Counted from the first letter of the stretch, positions 9,659 to 18,837 are shown. The stretch: DNA of 64,000 bases from Nitrospirota bacterium (GCA_037386965.1 JARRLN010000002.1:11443-75442); one strand, 5' to 3'. Notes: generated by a model not told the origin, from the letters alone. Made by a program: numbers and translations.

Positions 9659-10983
9659 TTCTTCCCCCTCAGAAGGTTAATGGCAACGAGCGCGATGCCC
9701 GTATCCATCGTTACGCCGGCAAGGGTCCTCATGAGCCAGTAGGGTTTCATGGAGTCCAGGCTGTGCACGAAGAAGACCCCCTGCTTGAGCATGGTCCCCT
9801 GTGCGAGGCCCTGAACGATGAGCCCGAAACCCATGGCCGTGATGCCGACGATAATGAGCCAGGTGCTCCACCGGGCCATGGTGGCGCTGAAGGGCTTGTC
9901 GCTGACGCGCGGCCAGACGTGGTAGCAGGCGGCAAGGGCGAAGACCACGTAGCCGCCGAAGACCGTGAGATGCGAATGGGCGATGACGAAGTCCGTAAAG
10001 TGGGTGGGCGTTTGAATGCTCCTCAGTGCTTCGAAGGAGCCCATCACGCTGCCGAAAAAATAGAAGAACGTGCCCACGACGAGAAGCTTCACGGTAAAGT
10101 TGTCTATGAAGGTGTGCCACCTGCCCTTCAAGGTGCCGTAAAAGTTCACCAGCACCGCCGCCACCGGGATGATGAGCATCAGGCTCGCCGCGATGGCGAC
10201 GGTCTCTGTCCAGTCCAGCACCGGGCTGAAGATGTAGTGGTGTATTCCCACGAAGGGGTAGAAAAGGGCCAGGGACCAGAACCCCAGAAGCCCCAGCCGG
10301 TGGCTGTACAGAGGGTTTCTGGAGGCGGCGGGCAAGAAGAAATAGACGACGGCCAGCCCTGTGGGCGTTATCCAGAGGCCCACCGTGTAATGGATGTACA
10401 GGCCGTGAAGCGAGACGTTGTTGATGCCGGCGACGTGATAGGGAAGAATAAAGTTTCCCACGAAGAGGCTCACGGTGGTCCATACCAGGGCCGCGATGAT
10501 GTACCAGGCCGAGACATAGAGCTTCTCCTCCTTGCGCACGGCCAGGGTCGCCAGAATCTGCACCATGAGGACCGCCACGGCCAGCCACAGGACCAGAGCA
10601 ACGGGCCAGGGGAACTCCGCCACCTCCACCCCGTCGTTGTACCCCAGGGCCAGGGTGACGAACCCCGCGGCCAGACCCAGGTTCCAGAGCCACATGAGGG
10701 GCCGGCCCACGCGCTCCCATTTCATCCGCACCCCTGTTATCTGGGGCACCATGTAGTAGGCCAACCCGATGAACAGGGTGGAGTACAGGGCGAAGATGAC
10801 CCCGTTTATATGCACCGGCCTCAAACGGCCGAATACCGTGTATTCGGTATTCAGGAAGTTCGGATAGTTGAATTTCAGGGAGACCAGGATGCCCACCACG
10901 GGGGCAAAGAAGGACCAGCCGAGACCCCAGAGAAGCCATCCCCTTACCAGAGGCTTATTGACCAGTGTACCTTCCCCGTCCAT
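9655..10983 (-). CDS. ccoN: cbb3-type (C-family) haem-copper oxidase catalytic subunit I
   Basis: 442 aa, 12 TM-like segments. His ligand patterns: RPVHINGV, HGLYIHYTVGLW, GIHHY, AHSHLTVFGG. The stop overlaps the ccoO start. Confidence 0.85.
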   Translation of the reverse strand: MDGEGTLVNKPLVRGWLLWGLGWSFFAPVVGILVSLKFNYPNFLNTEYTVFGRLRPVHINGVIFALYSTLFIGLAYYMVPQITGVRMKWERVGRPLMWLWNLGLAAGFVTLALGYNDGVEVAEFPWPVALVLWLAVAVLMVQILATLAVRKEEKLYVSAWYIIAALVWTTVSLFVGNFILPYHVAGINNVSLHGLYIHYTVGLWITPTGLAVVYFFLPAASRNPLYSHRLGLLGFWSLALFYPFVGIHHYIFSPVLDWTETVAIAASLMLIIPVAAVLVNFYGTLKGRWHTFIDNFTVKLLVVGTFFYFFGSVMGSFEALRSIQTPTHFTDFVIAHSHLTVFGGYVVFALAACYHVWPRVSDKPFSATMARWSTWLIIVGITAMGFGLIVQGLAQGTMLKQGVFFVHSLDSMKPYWLMRTLAGVTMDTGIALVAINLLRGKK

Positions 10984-11082
10984 GTCCCTCCTTTGGATAT
11001 GTGGTCCCCGGGCGCCCGGCTGCGCCCTCTCACGAAGGCACTCACCTTTGTTGCCACGCTTCGTCGGGAGCGGCTTGCTCCC

Positions 11083-11110
11083 ACTTTAACACTCCGAGGG
11101 CAAATGTCAA
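11083..11110 (-). promoter_or_regulatory. Candidate sigma70-type promoter for ccoN (TTGACA-N16-TAAAGT with TGn extended -10)
   Basis: Minus strand reads TTGACAtttgccctcggagTGtTAAAGT, about 100 nt upstream of the ccoN ATG. The -35 overlaps the ccoI stop codon. Confidence 0.35.
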
Positions 11111-13599
11111 GAGGCAAGGGACACCGCCCTCTCGCCCACTCTTTCTCCGCTTGCGGGAGCGCGGCGCCTCTCCACTCCGAGCCTCAGGGAGTTGGCGGCC
11201 ACCACCAGGGAACTGCCCGCCATCAGTGCGGCCGATGCGATGGGATGGATGAGCCCCGTCACCGCCAGGGGTAAAGCGACCAGATTATAGGAGAAGGCCC
11301 AGAAGAGGTTCTGCCTGACGGCCCCAAGCGTGTGGGAGGCTATCTTGAGGAGAGAAGGGAGAAGCCGAAGGTCCTCTCTCAGGAAGACCACGTCGGCGCT
11401 CTTTCGGGCGACGTCGGTCGCCTTACCCACCGCAACCCCCACATGGGCCTCGGCCAGCGCGGCAGCGTCGTTTATGCCGTCGCCCACCATCATCACCCTC
11501 CTGCCCGATTCCCGCAAAGCGCGGACGTATTGCGCCTTCTCGATGGGGGAGGCCCCGCCCCTGATAACGTCCGCCTCCCCGGCGCGTTCTTCCTCGCCCA
11601 GGAGGCCGGCCTCCACAGCCATTGTCCTTACGGCCTCCGGGATATCCCCGCTCCGCACTCGCACGTCCAGGCCCCTCGCCGCGAGGGCCCTCATGACCTC
11701 GCCCGCCTCGGGCCTCGGGGGGTCGGCCAGGGCGAACCACCCGGCAAGCCCGCCATCCTGGGCCAGGCCCACCACGGTCTTCCCCGCCCGGCTCAGGCCG
11801 GCCCGCATGTCTTCCTCCGCGGGCCTCCACGTGACGCCCCGCTCCCTGAGGAAACGCCCGCTCCCCAGCACGACGTTCCGCCCGCCGACCCTGCCCTCTA
11901 CGCCGCCTCCGGGGTGGGCCCTGAAATCCTCCACCGGAAGGAGGCCGCCCTCGGCGGCCCCTGCCAGGGCCCGTCCCAGGGCGTGCTCCGAACGGCTCTC
12001 CAGGGAGGCGGCCAGTAGACGGAGCTCCTCCTCGCCCATGCCCGTGGCCGCCACATCGGTGAGAGCGGGCCGCCCCATGCTCAGGGTGCCGGTCTTGTCG
12101 AAGACGACGACGTCCACCCCGCCCAGGGCCTCCAGCACGTCGCCCCCTCTGAGTAAAATCCCCTCCGAGGAGGCCCGCGAGGAGCCCCTCAGCATGGCCA
12201 TGGGAGTGGCCAGCCCCAGGGCGCAGGGGCAGGCGATGACCAGCACCGAGACGGCGTTCATGAGGGCGGCCGAGGTCCCCACGCCCCGCGAGAGCCAGTA
12301 AAGGAACGTCCCCGCCGCCACAGCGCAGACGGCGGGCACCGCCCATCCCACTACCTTGTCAGCCGCCCTCTGAACGGGGGCCTCCCGTCCCTGGGCCTCC
12401 TCGACCGCGCGGATGACCCGGGCCAGCACGGTGTCTCCGGTTCCCCCGCTGGCCCTGAGCGTGATGCTCCCCGTAAGGTTCGCGGTCCCGGCAAAGACCC
12501 GTTCCCCCGGGGCCTTTCCCACGGGCATGGGCTCGCCCGTAAGCATGGACTCGTCCACCTCGCCGCCGCCGGCCACCACCATGCCATCAAGGGGAACGGC
12601 CTCCCCCGGGATAACCTCGAGGAGGTCGCCCTCCCTGAGGGCAGACAGGGGAACGACCTGCCGCTCTCCGCCGCTCAGGACGGCCCGGGCCTGACAGGGC
12701 TGGAGGGACAGGAGGGCGCCCAGGGCCTCCTGTCCCTTGCCCCTGGCCCCCGCCTCAAGGAGCCGCCCGAAGAGGATGAGGGTGACGATCATCACCGCGG
12801 TGTCGAAGTAGACCTCCCCTCCCCTGAGCACCTGCACGGCACTGAAGGCGTACGCGCTCATGGAGCCCAGAAAGACCAAGGTGTCCATGGTGGCCGCGCG
12901 ATTGCGGATGCCCCGGAGAGTGTGGACGATGAAGGGATACCCGGAGTAAAAGAGCACCGGGGTCGCCAGGGCCCACATGACGGCCTGGATGAGCCTCTTG
13001 GCCCAGGGGTCCATGCCGTCGAAGTAGCCAATGTACAGGGCCAGAGAGAAAAGCATGACCTGAAGCGAGAAAAACCCCGCCGTCCCCAGGCGTATGAGGA
13101 GGCTCTTCCTTTCCCGGGCGATGGCCTCCGCAAAGCCGGAGGAGAAGGCGGGGCGGGGCGAATACCCCAGCGAGCTTATCCTTTCCAGAACGGCCCCGAG
13201 GTCCGTCCTCTCCGGGTCCCAGCGTACCCTTGCCCGGTGGGTCGCGTAGTTGACCCTGGCGGAGGTCACCCCCGCCTGCCTGCCCAGCACACGCTCGATG
13301 AGCCAGACGCAGGCCGCGCACCTTAGGCCCGAAAGCGAGAGGTCCAGTTGTCTTTCGCCCCCTGCGCTCAGGACCTGGTCCTCGAAGAGCGCCGGCGAGG
13401 CGGCCTCGAAGACCGGACGCCCGGGCCTCCATCCCTCCCGAAGGCCGTAGAAAGACGCGAGGCCCTGCCCGCAAAGAAGCTGGTAAACCCCACGGCAGCC
13501 CGTGCAGCAGAACGTCTTGTCGCCTTCCCGGACGGCCCCCGCCCCCGCGGCCTCCCCCAGGCAATGGGCACACGTCGGCGTATGCTCCGGCCTTTCCAT
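11107..13599 (-). CDS. ccoI: Copper-translocating P1B-type ATPase, CcoI/FixI-like
   Basis: N-terminal CAHC...FCCTGC metal-binding domain, HMA domain with CAAC, CPC (VIACPCALGLATP), DKTGTLS, GDGINDAAALA. Sits in the cco cluster. Confidence 0.85.
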   Translation of the reverse strand: MERPEHTPTCAHCLGEAAGAGAVREGDKTFCCTGCRGVYQLLCGQGLASFYGLREGWRPGRPVFEAASPALFEDQVLSAGGERQLDLSLSGLRCAACVWLIERVLGRQAGVTSARVNYATHRARVRWDPERTDLGAVLERISSLGYSPRPAFSSGFAEAIARERKSLLIRLGTAGFFSLQVMLFSLALYIGYFDGMDPWAKRLIQAVMWALATPVLFYSGYPFIVHTLRGIRNRAATMDTLVFLGSMSAYAFSAVQVLRGGEVYFDTAVMIVTLILFGRLLEAGARGKGQEALGALLSLQPCQARAVLSGGERQVVPLSALREGDLLEVIPGEAVPLDGMVVAGGGEVDESMLTGEPMPVGKAPGERVFAGTANLTGSITLRASGGTGDTVLARVIRAVEEAQGREAPVQRAADKVVGWAVPAVCAVAAGTFLYWLSRGVGTSAALMNAVSVLVIACPCALGLATPMAMLRGSSRASSEGILLRGGDVLEALGGVDVVVFDKTGTLSMGRPALTDVAATGMGEEELRLLAASLESRSEHALGRALAGAAEGGLLPVEDFRAHPGGGVEGRVGGRNVVLGSGRFLRERGVTWRPAEEDMRAGLSRAGKTVVGLAQDGGLAGWFALADPPRPEAGEVMRALAARGLDVRVRSGDIPEAVRTMAVEAGLLGEEERAGEADVIRGGASPIEKAQYVRALRESGRRVMMVGDGINDAAALAEAHVGVAVGKATDVARKSADVVFLREDLRLLPSLLKIASHTLGAVRQNLFWAFSYNLVALPLAVTGLIHPIASAALMAGSSLVVAANSLRLGVERRRAPASGERVGERAVSLAS

Positions 13600-14366
13600 C
13601 AGCCCAGCGCCCTCACGAGGATGAGCACCCCCATGAGAACGACGATACCCCCCGAGACCGCGGACAGCCTCTTCCTTGCCCGCTCACCCAGGAGCCCGGC
13701 CACCTTGCCGAAGGCCGCCAGGGGGGCCACCGTCCCCAGGCCGAAAAGAAACATCAGGGCCATGCCGCTTAAGAGGGCCGCTCCGTGAGTTTGGGCCTCC
13801 ACGCCCATCCCCAGGGCGGTCATCAGGACCGAATAGACCAAGCCGCAGGGCAGAAAACCCAGGGCCACACCCATGGGATAGAACGTCCCCACCGACGCCT
13901 CGCCCGCGAAAAGGCCCACGAGCCGCCCAAGTACGGGGAGACGCCCCACCCCTCTTTCGAGGTAGCCGGCCAGAGGCAGCCATCCCGCCGTGCTCGCCCC
14001 CATGAGGACGACGAACACCCCCGCCAGGGCCATGGGCATCTTCCCGAGCCAGTGCAGATGCTCCGCCGGGAGAACCCCGGCGGCCGTCACCGAGAAAGAG
14101 CCCGCGAGTGCCACGCCAGCCCCGAGGAGCACGTAGGTGGTTATTCTGCCGGCGTTATAAAGCGCGTGGGGAAGAAAGCTCCTGGCCGGCAGGACCAGCG
14201 AATAGGACGCCACGATGGGGCCGCACATGCCGATGCAATGGCCCAGGCCTCCGGTGAGTCCGGCAGCCAGGGTCAGGAGATAGATTTCCGGCATGCCCCA
14301 AGCGTACCGGAAAAAGAAATGACGGGCAAGCGCACCGGAAGAGCCTTCGCCGGGCTGTGTTACCAT
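13599..14366 (-). CDS. DsbD_2/TauE-like membrane protein with HCxxMCGP motif (cco-cluster accessory)
   Basis: GLGHCIGMCGPIV motif, about 6 TM. The stop overlaps the ccoI start by 1 nt (TGATG). An alternative start at 14294 (MPEIYLL) is equally plausible. Confidence 0.65.
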   Translation of the reverse strand: MVTQPGEGSSGALARHFFFRYAWGMPEIYLLTLAAGLTGGLGHCIGMCGPIVASYSLVLPARSFLPHALYNAGRITTYVLLGAGVALAGSFSVTAAGVLPAEHLHWLGKMPMALAGVFVVLMGASTAGWLPLAGYLERGVGRLPVLGRLVGLFAGEASVGTFYPMGVALGFLPCGLVYSVLMTALGMGVEAQTHGAALLSGMALMFLFGLGTVAPLAAFGKVAGLLGERARKRLSAVSGGIVVLMGVLILVRALG

Positions 14367-14391
14367 AAGGCATCTCTAAAAAAGGGGTCAC

Positions 14392-14946
14392 GTGGCGGAG
14401 ACATCATACAAGAAGTGGATATTGGGCCTAGTCCTTCTTCTCCTGGTGGGCGGGGCCGTCCTCGTGCTCACCGGCCTGCCTCGCCGGGGAGGGGAGCGGG
14501 AGCCCCTCGTCCCGGCGGCACCGGCAGAGGGATTTGCGGCGAAGGAGCGGAACCTGCGGGAGCAGATCCGGAACAGCCCGGAGCGGGCGGAGCTTTACGC
14601 GAGCCTGGGCGACCTGTACTTTGAGCAGCAGGATTTCGCCCGCGCGGCGGACGAATACGAAGAGGCCCTCAAGCGAAATCCGCAGGACGCGGACACCTAC
14701 AACGACCTGGGGCTGGCCCTCCACTACCTGGGGCAGGAGGACAAGGCCGTCGAAACATTGAGAAAAGGAACGGACGCGGACCCCTCCTACCAGCGTATCT
14801 GGCTCTCCCTGGGGTACGTCCTTCTCTCAAGCGGCAAAACCAGGGAGGCCCGGGATGCCCTAGAGAGAGCCGTCGAGCTGGGCCCTGAGACCACGATGGG
14901 CAGGGAGGCCCGGAAGTTCCTGCAGGGGCTGCCCCCGGCCCAATAA
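14392..14946 (+). CDS. Membrane-anchored TPR-repeat protein
   Basis: N-terminal TM WILGLVLLLLVGGAVLVLTG, then TPR-like repeats (AELYASLGDLYFEQQDFARAADEYEEALKRNPQDADTYNDLGLAL...). GTG start. Confidence 0.65.
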   Translation: MAETSYKKWILGLVLLLLVGGAVLVLTGLPRRGGEREPLVPAAPAEGFAAKERNLREQIRNSPERAELYASLGDLYFEQQDFARAADEYEEALKRNPQDADTYNDLGLALHYLGQEDKAVETLRKGTDADPSYQRIWLSLGYVLLSSGKTREARDALERAVELGPETTMGREARKFLQGLPPAQ

Positions 14947-14968
14947 GGCTTGCTTCGAAGAACCGGCC

Positions 14969-15967
14969 TCACCTTTTCCGTGGCGGCGCTTTCAGCCTCT
15001 GCACCGCCGTCTTTACCCTCTGGCGGGAGAAATCCCTCTCCTCGCAGAGAAAGCGGTAAACCCCTTCCTCGTCGGGCTCTTCGAAGGAGATGCCGTAGTC
15101 GTCCGTCACCTCGGGGCGCAGAAAGACGTCCCTTATTTCTTCGTAGCGCTCCGTCACCTTCCTCCCGACCTCGGCGGGAAGGTCCTCCAGGCGCCCGTGT
15201 TTCTTTAACAGGTTAAGGGCCGTCTTGGGACCGATGCCCCTGATGCCGGGGTTGAAGTCCGTCCCCATGAGGATGGCCAGGTCCACGAGCTGCTCCCTGC
15301 TTATGCCCAGCTTGTCCAGCATTCTCCCGGCATGGATTATCTCGGGGACGAGGGGGCGGGAGATTCCCTTGCTGGGGAGGCGCTCCCTGCCGGTGAAGGT
15401 GACGAACCTGACCAGGCGCGGCGCCCCGAAAAGAAGGGAGTCGAAGTCCTTGCTTCCCACGGCCCAGGCGTCCCCCCACGAGGCCATGTGGGCGGCCTGC
15501 GCTTCGCCCTCCCCCGGCGCCTGAACGAAGGGAATTCCCAGAAGGGCCAGGAGGCGTTTGGCATCCTCGGTCATCGAGGGGGTAAGCCGCGAGGTCATCA
15601 CGGCCTTGGAATAGGCCTCCGCGAGGTCTCCCCGCGCCCGTGCCTCCCGATACTCCCGCTCGTACCGCTCCCTCAGCCGCCGCCTCCCGGCCAGGACCTC
15701 CCGTTTGAGCCGCGGGGGCTTCCCGTCGAACACGAAGACCAGCCGGGCCCCGTGCTCGCTCACGAGCCGGGTAGAGCGGTACAGAAGGCCCACCAGGTGG
15801 GAGGTAACGTTGCCGCGGGAGTCCCGAAGCGGGGTGCCGTCGGGCTGGCGAATCAGGGCCAGAAACTGATACAGCTCCGCGTTTCCGTCCACGGCCAGGA
15901 CCCTGTCGCGGAGGGCCTCAAGAGTGCTCTCCTCCCTGAGGGCGATGGGTGCGAGGTTCACTCCCAT
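14969..15967 (-). CDS. fen: Flap endonuclease FEN1 (archaeal/eukaryotic XPG/Rad2 type), lacking a C-terminal PIP box
   Basis: MGVNLAPI..., LAVDGNAELYQFLALIRQPDGTPLRDSRGNVTSHL, FVFDGKPP, QAPGEGEAQAAHM, GSKDFDSLLFGAP, ILMGTDFNPGIRGIGPKTA. Collinear with archaeal FEN-1. ATG 15967 is preferred over the ORF-track start at 16000. Confidence 0.85.
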   Translation of the reverse strand: MGVNLAPIALREESTLEALRDRVLAVDGNAELYQFLALIRQPDGTPLRDSRGNVTSHLVGLLYRSTRLVSEHGARLVFVFDGKPPRLKREVLAGRRRLRERYEREYREARARGDLAEAYSKAVMTSRLTPSMTEDAKRLLALLGIPFVQAPGEGEAQAAHMASWGDAWAVGSKDFDSLLFGAPRLVRFVTFTGRERLPSKGISRPLVPEIIHAGRMLDKLGISREQLVDLAILMGTDFNPGIRGIGPKTALNLLKKHGRLEDLPAEVGRKVTERYEEIRDVFLRPEVTDDYGISFEEPDEEGVYRFLCEERDFSRQRVKTAVQRLKAPPRKR

Positions 15968-15974
15968 ACCGGCC

Positions 15975-17645
15975 TTACGCCTCCGCGGGCCGGGGCGCAA
16001 GCTGTCCCCTGTAAATTTTCCCGATGCTCTGGATGGTATCGGCCTCGCGGGGGGTCTTGTCCTCCCTCAGGCGGGCGATGCGGGCAAACCGGAGGGCATA
16101 GCCTCCCCGGTAACGGGGGCTTCTCTGGATGTCGGAGAAAAGCACCTCCACCACCACCCGGGGCTCCACGAAGACGGTGCCTCCGCGCTCGCCCCTCTTC
16201 AGGGCCAGAAGCCGCCTGGTCATCTCCTGAAACTCCCCATCCGTAAGGCCCTTGTACGTCTTTCCCACCATGACGAGCCCACCGCTTTCCTCGTCGCGCG
16301 CCGAAAGGTGGTAATTGCTCAGCCAGCCCCGTCTCCGCCCGTAGCCCCACTCCGCAGCCGTGATGACCAGGTCCAGGGAGATGGCTTTCTTCACTTTGAG
16401 CCAGAGCCCGCCCCGCATCCCCGGCCTATAGGGCGAACCGAGGGCCTTGGCCAGAAGCCCCTCGAAGCCTTCGTCCACGGCCCTCCTGAAGAAGGCTTCG
16501 CCCTCGGCCAGGCTCCGGGGCACGATGCGGGGGGCGAGGGACAGGCCCGTCCGGCGCAGGGCCTCCCAGCGCTCGGCGTAGGGGAGGTCTACGAGGAGTG
16601 AGCCGTCCTTGTAAAGGATGTCAAAGAAGAAAACCCGCACGGGAAGCTCCTCAATCATCCGCTTGAGGTCCCTTTTCCGCCCGAGCCTCCGGCTCAGGAC
16701 CTGAAAAGGCAGGGGACGGCCGTCCCTGTCCAGGGCCGCGACCTCGCCGTCCAGGACCGCGCTTTCCAGAGCGAGCGCGCTCCGCACGTCGCGCACAACC
16801 TCGGGGAAGACCGGCGTCAGGTCGCTCAGGCTCCGGGAGTAAAGGCGGCAATTCCCCGCATCGCAGTGCGCCTGGATGCGGGCGCCGTCTATCTTGTACT
16901 CCAGGGAAAAGGGAGCCTCCATGGCCCCGAAGACCTCCGCCACGTCCGTTGCCATCTCGGCCAGCATGGGCTTGACCGGCCGGAAAAGGCGGATGCTCTC
17001 TTCCCCGAGCCCTTCGGCGCCCCGGGCAATGGCCACCCCGGCCACGCGGCCCACGTCACCCGTGAGCATGTTGGCCCGGCGGAGAAGCTCGCCCTCGATG
17101 CCCAGGGTGCGGCCCAGCGACTCCAGGACCATGCCCTCCTCCACGCCGTGGCGCATCTCGCCCACCACGGCCTTGGCCAGGCACTTGGCCTCCAGGGGAC
17201 TGGCGCGGGCGAGGAGCCCCCTCAAGAGGTCGAGCTTTCGCGCCCGGGAGCCCGGCCCCGCAGCCCCGGCTATCTCCTCCAGGGCGCGGTAGACGCCGGA
17301 AATGGTAAGCCCGCCGCCCTCAGGGCGGTGCCCGCCCTCCTTGAGGAGGATGCGGACCGCCTCGCCGAAATCGGCCGCCCTGCGGAAGGCGTCCTCCACC
17401 CGGTCCCGGGTGAGAACGAGGAGGCCCGACAGGGCCTCGAAAAACGACGAGCCGCTTATGTTCAGGGTGCGGTGGTCGGCTTTGGGAAAGACGTCGCCCA
17501 GGACGAGGTGGACGGCGACGGGGACCTCCTCCGAAGGAAGCTCCATAAGAAATTCTCCCAGGAGCCGGGAAAGCTCCGTACGCTTCTTCGTCCTCTCCAG
17601 CTCCCGGCACAGGCCGGCGAGCCGGGCAAAAGGGGTCTCATCCAT
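15975..17645 (-). CDS. lig: ATP-dependent DNA ligase, three-domain Lig1/archaeal type
   Basis: 556 aa. Motif I EYKIDGARIQAH (KxDG), N-terminal DNA-binding domain, OB-fold C-terminus (LRFARIARLREDK). The stop lies 7 nt before the fen start. Confidence 0.85.
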   Translation of the reverse strand: MDETPFARLAGLCRELERTKKRTELSRLLGEFLMELPSEEVPVAVHLVLGDVFPKADHRTLNISGSSFFEALSGLLVLTRDRVEDAFRRAADFGEAVRILLKEGGHRPEGGGLTISGVYRALEEIAGAAGPGSRARKLDLLRGLLARASPLEAKCLAKAVVGEMRHGVEEGMVLESLGRTLGIEGELLRRANMLTGDVGRVAGVAIARGAEGLGEESIRLFRPVKPMLAEMATDVAEVFGAMEAPFSLEYKIDGARIQAHCDAGNCRLYSRSLSDLTPVFPEVVRDVRSALALESAVLDGEVAALDRDGRPLPFQVLSRRLGRKRDLKRMIEELPVRVFFFDILYKDGSLLVDLPYAERWEALRRTGLSLAPRIVPRSLAEGEAFFRRAVDEGFEGLLAKALGSPYRPGMRGGLWLKVKKAISLDLVITAAEWGYGRRRGWLSNYHLSARDEESGGLVMVGKTYKGLTDGEFQEMTRRLLALKRGERGGTVFVEPRVVVEVLFSDIQRSPRYRGGYALRFARIARLREDKTPREADTIQSIGKIYRGQLAPRPAEA

Positions 17646-17737
17646 CGCATGAAAAGTTTTTTTCTTTCACTCTACCACCCCGGCCGGATGAAAGAAAGAA
17701 ATGCCGGGGCAGGCGGAAGACGGGGATGCTCCGCTTC

Positions 17738-17763
17738 TTGACAGCCACACCCCGTTTTGATAG
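17738..17763 (+). promoter_or_regulatory. Promoter-like element TTGACAGCC-N9-TTTGATAG, ending 9 nt before the GAF-protein ATG
   Basis: Perfect -35 hexamer. 17 of 26 positions are identical at identical spacing to a second copy at 59650..59625 (minus strand). Confidence 0.4.
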
Positions 17764-17772
17764 CTTTCGGCT

Positions 17773-18837
17773 ATGGAAGCAGGCAAGTTCTGCACGCCCG
17801 ACATGTGCTCCCTCTGCGAAGAGATTGCCTCGGCGTACGGACTGGACGAGACCCTGAACGTGCTGGCCCGGAACATGGCAAACGCCCTGAACGCCAGGGC
17901 CTGCGCCATCTATCTCTTCGAGCGGGAGAAGCTTTCCCTCGTGCCCGCCGCCTCCCACGGCCTCCCAATTGGCCTCCTCCCGAGCGGTCCCCGCCCTGTG
18001 AAGGAGGGCTCGATTGAGCTCAGGGTGCTCGGGGGAGAGGTGGTGGACGTCCCGGACATCGCGGGAAGGTCCGACGTCCTGGACGGCGAAGCCCTGGCGT
18101 CGGCCGGCGTGCGGTCCGCCTCTTTCCACTGCCTCCGGGTGCGAGGCAGGGCCCTGGGCCTTGTGGCGGTGTACAGCGACGCACCCCGGGAGCTTTCGGA
18201 GGTGGAGAGGAGGACGGCCCGGACCCTGACCTCCCTGGGCGGGGTCCTTGCAGACAGGGCGACCATCTGGGAGAGGATGGAAACCCTCATCGAGACGGCG
18301 CGCTCCCTGAGCTCCACGCTCTCCCTGGACGAGGTCCTGGGCAGGCTCGTGGAGCGGGCGGCGGAGTCCCTGGACCTCAAGGCCGCTTCCATCAGGCTCC
18401 TGGGCCCCGAGAGGGAGAGGCTTGACATCAGGGCCACCTACGGGCTGAGCGACGCCTATCTGGCCAAGGGACCCGTGGAGGTGGCCAGAAGCCCCCTGGA
18501 CAGGGAATGCATCGCGGGCAACGTCGTCGAGATATCCGACGTCGAGCGCGACGGGAGGCTCCAGTATCAGGAGGCCATCCGGGAAGAAGGCATAGGGGCG
18601 CTGCTTTCCGTCCCCCTCACCTCGCGGGGCACGGTGCTCGGCGTCCTCAGGGTCTATACGGCTCATCCCTACAAGTTCTCCCGGTCCGAGGTCGATTACA
18701 TCTCCGCCCTGGCAAGCCACGGGGCGGCTGCCATCGAGAACGCGCGCCTCTTCGAGCACATCCAGAAAGAGTACGAGGAGCTGACCAGGGATGTCTGGAA
18801 ATGGTACGACTGGGGTGCGCGCTTCCCCCGGATGTAA
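17773..18837 (+). CDS. Tandem GAF-domain protein with no recognisable output domain
   Basis: 354 aa with two GAF-like halves (ALGLVAVYSD... and VLGVLRVYTAHPYKFS...). N-terminal Cys triad C-x4-C-x2-C. Confidence 0.65.
   Translation: MEAGKFCTPDMCSLCEEIASAYGLDETLNVLARNMANALNARACAIYLFEREKLSLVPAASHGLPIGLLPSGPRPVKEGSIELRVLGGEVVDVPDIAGRSDVLDGEALASAGVRSASFHCLRVRGRALGLVAVYSDAPRELSEVERRTARTLTSLGGVLADRATIWERMETLIETARSLSSTLSLDEVLGRLVERAAESLDLKAASIRLLGPERERLDIRATYGLSDAYLAKGPVEVARSPLDRECIAGNVVEISDVERDGRLQYQEAIREEGIGALLSVPLTSRGTVLGVLRVYTAHPYKFSRSEVDYISALASHGAAAIENARLFEHIQKEYEELTRDVWKWYDWGARFPRM

Noticed and set aside
7847-9742. 631-aa plus-strand ORF
   Set aside because: It is antisense to the cupredoxin and ccoO-ccoP genes, has no recognisable motifs, and shows a GC-driven absence of stop codons.
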